Source: Octopus vulgaris
Lineage: Eukaryota
Length of the DNA: 64,000 nucleotides
Direction: 5' to 3'
Assembly: GCA_951406725.2 (NCBI GenBank)
Contig: OX597814.1
Location: 15,934,001 to 15,998,000 of the forward strand
Both the position numbers and the translations under genes were made by a program. Below, in pieces: positions 13,091 through 29,049 of this stretch (positions within the stretch are counted from its first letter, which is position 1; each line of letters opens with the position of its first letter). Under the pieces are notes generated by a model. That model was not told the origin of the DNA and ran no database searches. It saw nothing but the letters and a program-made list of their open reading frames with translations.

Positions 13091-14820
13091 GGGGTAGATA
13101 GAGCGCCTCTGCTTACCCAAGCCAGGGTGAAGGCAGTCTATCTAGGAGAAAGTATTTTTGAATTTAAATACTTCACTGCTGTCTTGTAGTTAGCCTTTGG
13201 TTGATCAAAGACTGGGAGAAGGACACTCTGATGGGTGGATGGAAGCACTCCGTCGGTTACGACGACGAGGGTTCCGGTTGATCCGATCAACGGAACAGCC
13301 TGCACGTGAAATTAACGTGTAAGTGGCTGAGCACTCCACAGACACGTGTACCCTTAACGTAGTTCTCGGGGATATTCAGCGTGACACAGAGAGTGACAAG
13401 GCCGGCCCTTTGAAATACAGGTACAACAGAAACAGGAAGTAAGAGTGAGAGAAAGTTGTGGTGAAAGAGTACAGCAGGGATCACCACCATCCCTGCCGGA
13501 GCCTCGTTGAGCTTTAGGTGTTTTCGCTCAATAAAAACTCACAACGCTCGGTTTGGGAATCGAAACCGCGATCCTATGACCGCGAGTCCGCTGCCCTAAC
13601 CACTGAGTCATTGCGCCTCCACCCGGACACTCTGATATAAAACCTGCGACTGCAAATGCATCCAATGATGTCGACTTACTCTTCTTTTTGGATCATGCTT
13701 TGTAGTTTAGAGAGTGGGAATGGTTGCTGTGCAAAACTTTTCCTCACTTTAAAAGGTGTCAAGTACAGGTATTGCAGGAGAGGAAAAAGAAATGGACATT
13801 TTGTATGTACATGGCTGGCCGAAGCTTAAAAAAGCACATCTAAACACTGCTGGTTTTGATGATGAAATTTCATACAGAATCAGCAGAGCTAGTAGTGCTT
13901 TTGATAGGCGCCTGTGGAAACAACGTAATATATCTTCACAAATTTAAGTTAAGGTATATAACACATGCATCCTTCCATCTTTGTTAAATGGAAGTGAGGC
14001 ATGGGTTGTTTACCGTAGGCAGGTCAAGCAATTGGGAAGATTTCATCAATACTGTATGAGAGAAATTTGGGGGATAAACTGGAAAATGGTCATTAATAAT
14101 GTGGAGGGGCTTGAGAGGAGTGGCAGTAGAAGTATAGAGTCAATGACGTTGCAAAGACGTTTAAGGTGGTTACATTTGGTAAGGATGAGTGATGAGCGAC
14201 TGCCCAAGCAGCTACTGTATGCTGAGATGGAAGATGGTAGGAGACCAGCACATAAGCCTAAACTAAGGTTTAAGTATTGCCTTAAAAATGCTTACAGGAA
14301 TTGCAACGGGTAATTGGGAGAGGAAGGCACAAGACCATGATAGATGGAGGAAGGTAGTGCATGATGGTTGTTCAAGGTTTGAGAGGGAGAGAGTGAAATA
14401 TGAGAGAATTAGGAGGGGGCTTAGAAGGGGAAACCTGTGGAAAGTGAGAGAACGTTGCTTTTTATGTGTGTGGTTTGTGGGCGGAGGTGTTTGAGTCGTG
14501 CAGGCCTGGTGAGCCATCTAAATACTCATAGAAATCGACCCATGACAAACTATGATGTGGCTATTAAAATTCATAACAGAACGTGTGTAAAATGTGGAAG
14601 GGTGTGCTTCTCAGTTGGAGGTCTAAAATACATGTTAAGTGAGTGCATATGGTGGAACCTGTTTCTCCAGCCAGTACAGTTGTCCAGTATGTAATAAAAC
14701 GTGTAACAGCTTGGCCGGGCTTAAAAGTCATATAAGGGCATCACATGACAACAATCACGAATCATTTCAATAAATCTTCTTGGCAATGGCTTTTTCTCGT
14801 GTAACGAGGATGCAGCTGTG
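13091..14820 (+). mobile_element. defective RTE-clade LINE (UTR-like segment joined to ORF C-terminus with three C2H2 fingers)
   Basis: DDEISYRISRASSAF, LLNGSEAW, RFHQYCMREI, RLRWLHLVRMSDERLPKQLLY; CxxC...GLxxH fingers at about 14467-14746; 3' hairpin CTCGT-GTA-ACGAG then (TA)n. Confidence 0.88.
13233..13624 (-). mobile_element. tRNA-derived SINE, family C, nested in the RTE upstream segment
   Basis: A-box/B-box head (TGACTCAGTGG; GTTTCGATTCC); TSD GGACACTCTGAT at 13221-13232 and 13625-13636; near-identical to 19242 and 48733 copies. Confidence 0.93.
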
Positions 14821-14859
14821 ATATATATATATATATATATATATACATATGTTATGATC

Positions 14860-14934
14860 ATGAGGATTTTGCTTAGGTATTGCCATACTAATTACCAGTT
14901 GATATATACATACATACATACATACATACATACA

Positions 14935-15017
<83 letters not shown>

Positions 15018-15095
15018 TTTAGAGTAAATCATATGTATATTGAGTTTTAACAACTGGTACTTAATATGGCAATACCTTAGCAAAATCATCCTCAT
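14860..15095. repeat. inverted repeat (42-45 bp arms) enclosing (TACA)n(TA)n
   Basis: 14860-14901 pairs with 15051-15095. Confidence 0.75.
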
Positions 15096-15130
15096 CCGAA
15101 TAATACACACACACGCATACGTATAATAAT

Positions 15131-15401
15131 AAGTATGGATACTTGTACATCCACTATTTTTATTTTAGAAATGCACAGCATATTACAATGACCAACACAT
15201 GTTTCCACTGAAGCGAACGCACATTGTTGCCGTTTCATCGGGGTCCGTCCATTAAGTCTGTTTCGAAGTGAACTGCACTGACAATATTGCAAGACGGTAT
15301 CTGCAACAATGTACCGTCGCTGCAGTGGAAACACGTGTAGGTCATTGTAATATGCTGTAAACTCTAAAGTAAAAATAGTGGATTTGAAAATCTCTATACT
15401 G
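15131..15401. mobile_element. Tc1/mariner-type MITE
   Basis: About 98-bp imperfect TIRs 15132-15230 / 15303-15400; right end ...ATACTG|TA (CAGT terminus next to TA). Confidence 0.65.
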
Positions 15402-15403
15402 TA

Positions 15404-18235
<2,832 letters not shown>

Positions 18236-18298
18236 CACTCTAAGGAATGTTACAGTCATGAGTAGGACACATAATTACCCAAAGAGATAATTTACCAG

Positions 18299-18346
18299 TG
18301 GCTAACAATTCACTTTACGCACTGGCATTGAATAATGATCTCCGTG
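18299..18346 (+). CDS. candidate short coding exon (phase 1-1; ANNSLYALALNNDLR)
   Basis: TTTACCAG| acceptor, GTG|GTAAGC donor, 48 nt, open, non-repetitive island; no homology evidence. Confidence 0.3.
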
Positions 18347-19241
18347 GTAAGCCGGCATCCGGAACCAAACAGCGAGCTAACTCGGTATCTGCCCGGATAG
18401 TATATCCCCACAAACGCATTTTACACACACACACGCACACACACATGCATATGTATACATGTATAAATATATATCCATGTATGCGTGTATGTGTGTGTAT
18501 ATATATATATATATACTCACATACATAAACCATAAGAAAAGGAGGTATCCCGACCGATTTTTATAGCTCATACACCTCATGAAATAATTTCATAATTCTG
18601 GATTCTACATTCTACTTCTCAGTGCTGGTTTCTATGAGGCCAGTTTATGTGTATACACACACACACACACGCACGCACACACACGCACACACACATATAC
18701 ATATGTAAACTCACACACTTCATAATTAGAAACTAACAATACCTGGATTAAAACTCTTAGAAAAGAAAGCATACCATGATCATATGAGCAGTAAGATTAT
18801 ATAAGAGTTATGTACAACATCTCACCTTCTTGGTAAGAGAACGATGAATATGACAAAATGAAAACTGCATTACAAAACATAATAAAGAAGTCGATTGAAA
18901 AATCGCTTCATGGCTATTATACTTTACAACTCAGTAGATGGGGAATAAGCCAAAACTAAACACACAAACACGAATAAGATGAGAGAGGAGACAAGAGGAG
19001 AAGAGAGATAATGAGAATCATAGAGGAAATTTTAAAGGCGTAATTTATGTGAAGTTACAATAGTTTTGTTCATTTGTTTCTTTAACTGAATTTGAAACAT
19101 ATAGCTATTTCGCCAGCGTACGATCCTCTACATCATCACTCGACCCGTCACAAATAACAGCAAAATTTCCTTCACACACTATGTAACCATCACAAATAAC
19201 AATAATGGATATATCTCTAGCTATATCATTACATATCAGTT

Positions 19242-19630
19242 GTGGAGGCGCAATGGCCCAGTGGTTAGGGCAGCGGACTCGCGGTCATAGGATCGCGGTT
19301 TCGATTCCCAGACCGGGCGTTGTGAGTGTTTATTGAGCGAAAACACCTAAGAAAGCTCCACGAGGCTCCGGCAGTGGATGGTGGTGATCCCTGCTGTACT
19401 CTTTCACCACAACTTTTTCTCACTCTTACTTCCTGTTTCTGTTGTACCTGTATTTCAAGGGGCCGGTCTTGTCACTCTCTGTGTCACGCTGAATATCCCC
19501 GAGAACTACGTTAAGGGTGCACGTGTCTGTGGAGTGCTCAGCCACTTACACGTTAATTTCACGAGCAGGCTGTTCCGTTGATTCGGATCAACCGGAACCC
19601 TCATCGTCGTAACCGACGGAGTGCTTCCAC
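19242..19630 (+). mobile_element. SINE family C, full length
   Basis: A box TGGCCCAGTGG, B box GTTTCGATTCC; TSD ACATATCAGTT at 19231-19241 and 19631-19641. Confidence 0.94.
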
Positions 19631-20350
19631 ACATATCAGTTAGACTTATCGACACAACTAAAAAAAATCGTTGATCGGTGCAGTACTAGATCGGATTAAT
19701 CAGGATTCAGACAGCATAATGACATTCTAGCTGGCTCACTATATAGAGTACAAGTCAAGAAGAGTACGTTTTTATAGAAACTCAACTTCCAAGAAAAACT
19801 GCCATGATTTCATGACCATTACTAAAATATTTTCACCTGACATTTGTTTGGTTAGAAGTGATTTGGTTTAAATAAACGGAAGAAACAAGAACAGCGCCAA
19901 ACATAATACAATATAAATGAAAGTGATGCTCCACAAAATGTGTAAATTTTTATATATCACCTACCATAAATTGATTAAATTGCTAATTTCTTTTGATCTG
20001 GAGCAAGACAGGACTGATACAATAACGTAACCATTCGCCCAGTTTAATAAAGCCTCCTTTTAGCCTTTATCAAAATACATTATGCTGCAAGAATTTCGTG
20101 CCAAGACTACGAGTTGGGGGATAATTTCCTCCTTTCCTGTTAGCAATATCAGAAGCCCAGTAGAAGGAAATGGAGTAAAACTCAATTTCTTCTACCAGAC
20201 TTGAAACAATTCAAAGCTGATTTAAATATATTACTGGTACTTTCTCCTATGGTCTCCCCCAAAAGATTAAAAATCAAAATCGTCCTAAGCTTCAGAAGAA
20301 AAGGATAGAAAGGAAACGAAATTATTTCATTTATAGAATTGCTGCGTCAC

Positions 20351-20574
20351 TTAAGGCGGCGAACTGGCAAAAACGTTAGCACGCCGGGCGAAATGTTTAG
20401 CGGTATTTCGTCTGCCGCTACGTTCTGAGTTCAAATTCTACCGAGGTCGACTTTGCCTTACATCGATAAATTAAGCACCAGTTACGCACTGGGGTCGTTG
20501 CAATCGACTTAATCCCTTTGTCTGTCGTTGTTTGTCTCCTCTATGTTTAGCTCTTTGTGGCCAATAAAGAAATA
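20351..20574 (+). mobile_element. SINE family A
   Basis: TSD AGAATTGCTGCGTCAC at 20335-20350 and 20575-20590; homologous to 1551-1782. Confidence 0.93.
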
Positions 20575-20744
20575 AGAATTGCTGCGTCACCAAAGACTAA
20601 ATTTTGAGATTCTTTAGTGTCATATATCTAGTAAAACCCTCAGCTGATTTCCCCTAAAGAAACCCATCGGATGTAGATGGAAACTGTATGAAATCAGTTG
20701 GATGAGTTGAACCTTAAAGTCAAAAGCTACAAATTCGTTACTTA

Positions 20745-20885
20745 CGCTATCATGTTGATTATGCCTGACGATTATGTTAAGCGTACACGTGTCTGGCGAA
20801 TGCAAAATCATTTATACGTTAATTCAGAAACACGTTATTCACTTGATCGAAGAACTGAATCCCCGAATTCGGAAGATGGACATCC
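20745..20885 (+). mobile_element. old, diverged 3' half of a family C-related SINE
   Basis: TATGTTAAGCGTACACGTGTCTG...TACGTTAATT...TTGATCG aligns to the family C 3' region. Confidence 0.6.
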
Positions 20886-21132
20886 ACATTATATATTTTT
20901 ACGGCTCATCAGAATCAATAAATTAGGTCCCAGTAATATACTTGAGTTCATTACAACACAGATTCTACACTCTATACAAACTGTGTAGCTTTTTAACCAC
21001 ACGAAACTTAAATGTTTAGAATACGAAAATTGAAACACTATGAACGTAAGGTAAGCACGAAGAAGGAAAAACACCCAGATATATACATTTCACTATGTCT
21101 GTGGCTGATGTATAAATACATAAATACATACA

Positions 21133-21552
21133 GGCGCAGGAGTGGCTGTGTGGTAAGTAGCTTGCTAACCAAACACATGGTTCCGGGTTCAGTCCCACTG
21201 CGTGGCATCTTGGGCAAGTGTCTTCTACTATAGCCTTGGGCCGACCAATGCCTTGTGAGTGGATTTGGTAGACGGAAACTGAAAGAAACCTGTCGTATAT
21301 ATGTATATATATATATGTATGTATGTGTATATGTTTGTGTGTCTGTGTTTGTCCCCCTAGCATTGCTTGACAACCGATGCTGGTGTGTTTACGTCCCCGT
21401 CACTTAGCGGTTCGGCAAAAAGAGACCGATAGAATAAGTACTGGGCTTACAAAGAATAAGTCCCGGGGTCGATTTGCTCGACTAAAGGCGGTGCTCCAGC
21501 ATGGCCGCAGTCAAATGACTGAAACAAGTAAAAGAAAAGAAAAAAGAAAAGA
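21133..21552 (+). mobile_element. SINE family B, full length
   Basis: Complete head, CORE-like motif, internal microsatellite and (AAAAG)n tail. Confidence 0.93.
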
Positions 21553-21825
21553 ATGAAAACCCAAACGAAATTAAAACATTTCAAGGTACGATGCTTAGTG
21601 TGATATCAGAAAGACTAGCTGAATTTATAAAATCTTTGAAATAATTTGGTGAATACAATGTTCGTCGATACACGCAAATATCTATATTTACGTAATAAGC
21701 ACACAGAAAATACGAAACAGGACATATATTCACATAAGCAGAGACATGCATGTGTATCACACACTGAATCACGCATACAAATACACCGACATATATAACA
21801 CGCGTGCACACACACTCATGATTGT

Positions 21826-21856
<31 letters not shown>

Positions 21857-21986
21857 CGTGTGTATGCATGTACGTATTTGTGAATGCATGTATGTACGTG
21901 TGTACATATAACAACATGCATACATACAGCTATGTTTCACAAGTATCTATGTATAAACATATACAGAAATCTATTAGAGTTAAGTA

Positions 21987-22053
<67 letters not shown>

Positions 22054-22294
22054 ATATATCTATATATCTATATATATATATTATAGTTGTGCGTGACGTG
22101 TTTACACGCATACAGAAAATTACACAGAAAACACATTTTCAGAAAAACCCGCTCATATTATATACATACATAATATACTCAAACACGCGCATAAACATGC
22201 ATATGTAAATATATTTATACATGTATATTTATATATGTGTTTGCTTGCATGTGTGCATGTGTGTTATCAACTTGATGATCAAATATACGAGCAT

Positions 22295-22361
<67 letters not shown>

Positions 22362-22374
22362 GCATATATATGTA

Positions 22375-22435
<61 letters not shown>

Positions 22436-23200
22436 GTATATATTTACACGCATATAATACATTTGAAAGTGAGGGGTAATAGTGGATAGTGGTTTAGTGA
22501 GTTGATAGAAACAGTTTCCCGGGAGAGAACACGATTACAAATGGAGCAAGTATAGATATGTCGAGAACGAAAATCAAGTTTAGATTGTATGTCACCATGA
22601 TTGATGGTGCTACAATTTGTAACGTACAGATGGTGGGATGGCGGTGGACAACGTATGATGAAGGACATCACTTATCACTGCTTCATGATGTATTGTATTT
22701 AACCATATCTTTTAAAAGAACGAACAAATAACGATGATCTGGTAGCAGTCTATTGGAATTGGTTTTGATTTCGCCTGATGGCCAGAACATAAATCATTAC
22801 ATAGTGTGCAGGAAGTGATGTCAAACTGAAATAAGGTGGGAGAAAATGTCGGAAGAAAAACTGCGTAAAAAGACTATAGAGTCCATCCAAAATGCTCCAG
22901 AACTTTTGATTAAAAAAATTCCCCCGAATAATCAGGTTTTATTTGATCCAGTACCCCATCTTACCCGCCAATAAAAAGACTTAACACAATGGTATCTTTG
23001 TATTAGATATAAGGTCAATATTTGAATGAGAATGGTGGTATAGTTAATTGAAACGTTGTCAGACATCGGGGTATGGCGGATCGCCTTCGAAAATAGTTTG
23101 GATGGTAAAGAAATTTCAAATATATTCTCAAAATCGTTTCAAACTGCCTATGTATAATTTCTACATTAATACAAATATGCATTCACGTTGTAGCTTCGAA

Positions 23201-23590
23201 TTTACTCTTTAACTTATTTCAGTTATTTGACTGCGGCCATGCTGGAGCACCGCCTTTAATGGAGCAACTCGACCCCAGGACTTATTCTTTGTAAGCCCAG
23301 TACTTATTCTATCGGTCACTTTTTGCCGAACCGCTAAGTAACGGGGACGTAAACACACCAGCATCGGTTGTCAAGCAATGCTAGGGGGACAAATACAGAC
23401 ACACAAACATATATATATACATATATACGACAGGCTTCTTTCAGTTTCCGTCTACCAAATCCACTCACAAGGCTTTGGTCAGCCCGAGGCTATAGTAGAA
23501 GACACTTGCCGAAGGTGCCACGCAGTGGGACTGAACCCAGAACCATGTGGTTGGTAAACAAGCTACTTACCACACAGCCACACCTGCACC
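23201..23590 (-). mobile_element. SINE family B, full length
   Basis: Homologous to 21133-21552. Confidence 0.92.
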
Positions 23591-23756
23591 TTTAATTTGA
23601 AAATTATATCAGCCATTTCCTTTTTTCTACATATTCCTCGAATTACTACCTTCTAGCAATTATATATATATATATATATACATACACACACACACAAATA
23701 TATATATATATATATATATTATACACACACACACACACACAGACACACACACACAT

Positions 23757-23985
23757 ATATATTGTATAAAAGATCGTGGCTAATACCAAAAGAATGCGAA
23801 GTAACTGCAAGGTAAATCACAAGAAAACAAGTATGCGAATTAATGTAGACTTACTTTGCATTCACTATTTCGGGGTTATGACCCCCTTTTCAAGAAATTG
23901 ACGAATGTTGCCGATGTGCCGATGATTTACCTTGCATTTCCCTCGCATTGTTTTGACCTTACCCACGATCTTTTATACAATATAT
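23757..23985. mobile_element. fold-back element with degenerate hammerhead-like spacer (Penelope-derived?)
   Basis: 63-bp inverted arms 23757-23819 / 23923-23985; minus strand TTGAAAA-GGGGG-TCATAA-CCCC-GAAA-TAGT in the spacer; sits between (TA)/(CA) tracts. Confidence 0.55.
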
Positions 23986-24015
23986 TCTAAACAACAATGC
24001 TTCACAGTAATTATT

Positions 24016-24066
<51 letters not shown>

Positions 24067-24522
24067 TGAGATACTAATAATTTCATGCGATGCAAAAGAC
24101 TAGGACAACATTTTATAACAAGTCTGCTATCTTTATGCAATATTATGTGTAGAATAAGTAATATTTATTCGTCACCAGATGGAATGTCTTTTTGTTCAAA
24201 AGGTCCCTGAATAAGAATTGTTTCAGGATGTTGAACGAACCACCCATGTTTCGAAAGGTGAATTATCCAAACCTCCAAGAATCCATCTCAACACAAGGCT
24301 ATGATGCTCTCCCACTACTTCTGCTTGTGATCAGAGATACACATGTCGTCAGATATGTTCAACTGGTTAAGGTCAAACAGCTGACAAGCAAATCTGTGGC
24401 ATTGAGCCGAATATTTGCTGTAGCCCATCTTTTATACCAAGACAAAACGATGTATATTATAATACTTCCAATCAGTTAAGATCAGGAGTCATTAGAGCCA
24501 CTGTCTGGTACTGCATCAGGGC

Positions 24523-24523
<1 letters not shown>

Positions 24524-24559
<36 letters not shown>

Positions 24560-24572
24560 ATTATTATTATTG

Positions 24573-24644
<72 letters not shown>

Positions 24645-24672
24645 TTATCATCATCATCATCATCATCATCTC
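24524..24672. repeat. (TAT)n(CAT)n compound microsatellite
   Basis: Direct reading. Confidence 0.95.
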
Positions 24673-25274
24673 ATCTAACATTGCGAAATTCTTGAAGTAG
24701 ATCCAACGAAAACATACTCCGACATTAATCCCAAAATATTAAATATATGTATATATATATATATATTTAAAATTATTATTAAACCATACAAGTAGTGGAA
24801 TAGAAGAAATCAACCTGAAAATGTACAATGAATCCATTAGAATCAATTAGAAATTAATTATATTTAAAATATAGGAATAAACTTAAGCAGCGGATATGTA
24901 ATAAAAAAAAACGAGCTTATGGTGGCCAGGAGCATGTATATCAAAAAGTATTGGTAAATTATCAAATGCCGTGCAAAATATATTTATGATCTATTAAAAA
25001 TGTCTCCACTTTGAGGGAATTTGCCTCGGTTGCTAAATACTAATTGAGACCACCCGAACATGAAAAGAGAATATAAGCTTAAAATTCAAGACTTCTGCAA
25101 ATTGGGCATGCCATCAAAAACGGACAGAGTTATTGTCTGGAGATAAGGTGTGAGTTGGGAATACGTTTTTCTGCCTGTAATGGCATTATTAGCACGACAT
25201 TTGTTCTATCATGTTTCTGGCAGCCAAAAGACATAAACATCTGCAAAAATAGATTTCAATTGCCTTTTGTTAAT

Positions 25275-25471
25275 TACTCTTTTACTCTTTTACTTGTTTC
25301 GGTAATTTGACTGTGGCCATGCTGGAGCACCACCTTTAGTCGAGCAAATCGCCCCCAGGACTTAATCTTTTGCCGAACCGCTTAGTTACGGGGACGTAAA
25401 CACACCAGCATCGGTTGTCAAGCGATGTTGGGGGGACAAACGCAGACACTCAAGCACATACACACACACAC

Positions 25472-25518
<47 letters not shown>

Positions 25519-25726
25519 TACGACGGGCTTCTTTCAGTTTCTGTCTACCAAATCTATTCACAAGGCTTTGGTCGGCCCGAGGCTATAGTAGAAGACATTT
25601 GCCCAATGTGCCACTCAGTGGTCAGTAAGCAAGCTACTTTATTTCATAAAGATTTGCCTTAGAGGCATTACAAAGAGTAGCTTTGTGTGGTAAGCACGCT
25701 ACTTACCACACAGCCACTCCTACGCC
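25275..25726 (-). mobile_element. SINE family B with internal deletion and rearranged head
   Basis: Homologous to family B; GTAAGCA(A/C)GCTACTT appears twice around a short insert near 25625-25705. Confidence 0.88.
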
Positions 25727-26846
25727 CTTGCGAAATATCCTCTAGAAAGGGATATACATTTAACAAACGAAGAAGTTTATTGCATGGTATTTGATGTACC
25801 CTTATTTTTACCTAAGATTCTCATATAGACGCTACAGATCACTCTGAAATATTTTTCTTAACTCGTTTTTATTTAAGTTATGATAATTACTTAGGCTATT
25901 AATTTGTTTTACTCTATTTGTATACTTGTATATTCTTTGAGTGTAATTGTATATATTTTATATATATATATATATGTATGTGTGCGTGTATGTGAGAGAG
26001 AAGGTGAGTGAAAGCGTGTATATGTGTAAAGAGAAAGATACACAGATTTTTCTATAAATACTTATATACATTATATACAATACATACACGTTCACGTTAA
26101 AATATTCCAGTATACAAAAATACATATGAGAGTGTGTGAGTGAATGTGTGTGTGTGTGTGTGTGTGTATGCGTCTATGTGTGCGTGTAAATAATGGGAGA
26201 GGTAGAATAGAGATTGAAGAAAGGATATTAGGGAAGAGCAAAAGTAGATAGATGATAACAGTAAAACTGAATGTGAAATAGCGTGTGCGAAAGAGAGAGA
26301 GGGAGAGAGAGATAGTAAAGAAAAAGAGAGACAGAGAGTTGAGAACAGAGGGGTAGAGAGTTGAGAACAGAGGGGTAGAGAGTACAAAGGAGGGAACTGT
26401 GAGAGCAAGTGAAATTAAACAGCCGAGTATTAATTGATATTTTTTCTCAAGTATTTAACAATTTGTCTTAAGTTTCGTCTTGTGGTATTTCCGCAACAAA
26501 TCCATCTATCGATCCATGCACACATATGGCATTTAAAGATTGTCCCAAATGGCTATGTGTTTGAGTTTGTTGGAGAGTAGGCTTTCAAATATAGCAATCA
26601 GTTGGTCAATATGTATTACTTTATGCTTATATTGGTGATTTTTTTTTTATGTTCATTCTTTTTTCTCTTTTATTTACCTTTTTGCTTTATTGTTGTTTGT
26701 TTGTGGTTTTTGGTTTTGCGTTTTGGATTAGCAACATCAGAACAATCGGATAACATATGATAGTCGGTGTAACAAAACCACATCTGAGATTTTGTGGTGT
26801 GGTCTAAAAGTTCATTTAATCCTCAGTAAAGACATAGATACACATA

Positions 26847-27029
26847 GAGAGAGAGAAAGGGAGTCATAGAAGGAGAGAAAGAGAGAGAGAGAGGGAGTCA
26901 TAGAAGGAAAGAAATAGAGAGAGAGAGAGGGAGTCATAGAAGGAAAGAAAGAGAGAGAGAGAGGGAGTCATAGAATGAAAGAAAGAGAGAGAGAGGGAGT
27001 CATAGAAGGAGAGAAAGAGAGAGAGAGAG
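26847..27029. repeat. minisatellite, about 5 units of (GA)n-GGGAGTCATAGAAGGAAAGAAA
   Basis: GGGAGTCATAGAA recurs five times at roughly 32-36 bp spacing. Confidence 0.9.
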
Positions 27030-27238
27030 TAAAAACACACACATACATATACACATAATCCTAATCGAGTAACATAAAAATAAGAAATCGAAAAAAAAAA
27101 AGAAATAAAAGATTGGAAGGAAGCAGGAGCAGGCGTATACAAGAACATGATAAATAATGAAATGAAATAGCGACATGCCATGAAGAAAAACAGAGAAGAA
27201 ATATCCTTGCTGATTCCTGGAAGGAACCATTCTTGTAG

Positions 27239-27280
27239 GGAGATTAAGTTGTGAAAAGACCAAAGTCCATAATCTTCTAG
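27239..27280 (+). CDS. candidate short coding exon (phase 1-1; [13 protein letters not shown])
   Basis: CATTCTTGTAG| acceptor, TAG|GTAAAT donor, 42 nt, open; no homology evidence. Confidence 0.25.
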
Positions 27281-27483
27281 GTAAATACACGGACAGGAAA
27301 AATGTAATGACGGGAACTTTTATTCTACCAGTTTTTTTCCAAGAATTTTTATCGTTTTCTATGTGTCTGTGCTTTTTGCGTATCTGTGTGTATGGTATGT
27401 ATATACGTATACACACACACACACACATAAATATACTTATACATAAGCATACATATATATATGTATATGTATATAAATATATG

Positions 27484-27539
<56 letters not shown>

Positions 27540-27564
27540 CATAAATAGAGAAAGAGAGACCTAT

Positions 27565-27595
<31 letters not shown>

Positions 27596-27626
27596 AGTAT
27601 GTATACCTATCTATATACTCATACAT

Positions 27627-27688
<62 letters not shown>

Positions 27689-27762
27689 ATAAACATATGT
27701 ATGTGTATATATGTGCGCATATACGCATATATAAATATAAATATATATATACACACATATAT

Positions 27763-27803
<41 letters not shown>

Positions 27804-28095
27804 AAGCGTAAACACACACAAACACATACACACATGCACATACACACGCGCAAATATATGTAGTTTTCGTAGTCTTTCATTCAAAAGTTCATTATATGGG
27901 TTTGAAAGTGTCTGATTTTGTCAAACATTGGAGAAGTTGAATGAAAAGAGAAAAGTAATCGCCAGACCCTTCAGTATTCTATGAATTGTCTCATACGAAC
28001 ACAAAGAAACGTATTATCACACATTCGGTTGTATACCAGTGCATACACACAAGCTCGCACGCACGCACGCACGCACGCAGACATTCATCTCACCC

Positions 28096-28168
<73 letters not shown>

Positions 28169-28169
28169 G

Positions 28170-28221
<52 letters not shown>

Positions 28222-29012
28222 TATATACTTATTCATTTATTCATGTATACCTATGTTTGCATGTGGGCATCTTCAGAAATATACACACATATATGCTTAC
28301 ACAAATATATATATATATATATATATGAAAGCAAACATGCACGCACATTTATTTAACCATATACCTATCCGTTTATAAGACCGGATTAATGATTGGACAA
28401 GTAGAAATCGTTTTTAAAGGGTAGTATATTGCGCCAAGGAAATTGAAGATTGTACCAACAACAGTTTAATCCTATAATCGGATTAACGGTTAAGAAATGT
28501 TTTTTAAAAAAGAAACCAGAGTGAAGTAAACTAACGATACACACATGGTATTGATAAATATATAAACGTAATAAAGCTAAAACAAAGATCAATAATGTTA
28601 TAGAAAAATTCATTTTGTATCATTATATAGTTTTTGTTTCCTTTTTTTAAATATATTGCGAGATACAGAACTTAGAGGGGCATTAATGTGATTGAATGAC
28701 TCTCATACTTTTCTGAATGATATTGGTCAATGGAAGAGGATATGAATTGAATGATGTGTATTCTATATGCATAAAATTTTAGCTACAGAATAATTTTTAA
28801 AATTGACATACAAATGAAGATTATAAATATTTACGTAAAATATTTTGTGCAAAAATATTTTCTTAAGTATTATTAGTGTTAAACAATTAATAAATATACT
28901 TGACCATGGTTGAGGCAAAAAATTTGGTTAAAGAAATGTAATATGTTTTTGAGTTACCTTGAGTAGATCGACTAAATATACATCATAGCTATAAAACTGC
29001 TTTTGCTTACAG

Positions 29013-29049
29013 GGGTTGGTACAACTCTGCATTTTGTTCCTGGAACGAG
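29013..29049 (+). CDS. candidate short coding exon (phase 1-2; VGTTLHFVPGT)
   Basis: Strong CTTTTGCTTACAG| acceptor, weaker GAG|GTAGAC donor. Confidence 0.28.

Noticed and set aside
19242-19320. tRNA genes at SINE heads
   Set aside because: A and B boxes only; continuous with multi-copy SINE bodies bounded by TSDs, no complete cloverleaf
26847-27029. CRISPR-like regular repeats
   Set aside because: Spacers are (GA)n rather than unique; eukaryotic context with no cas genes
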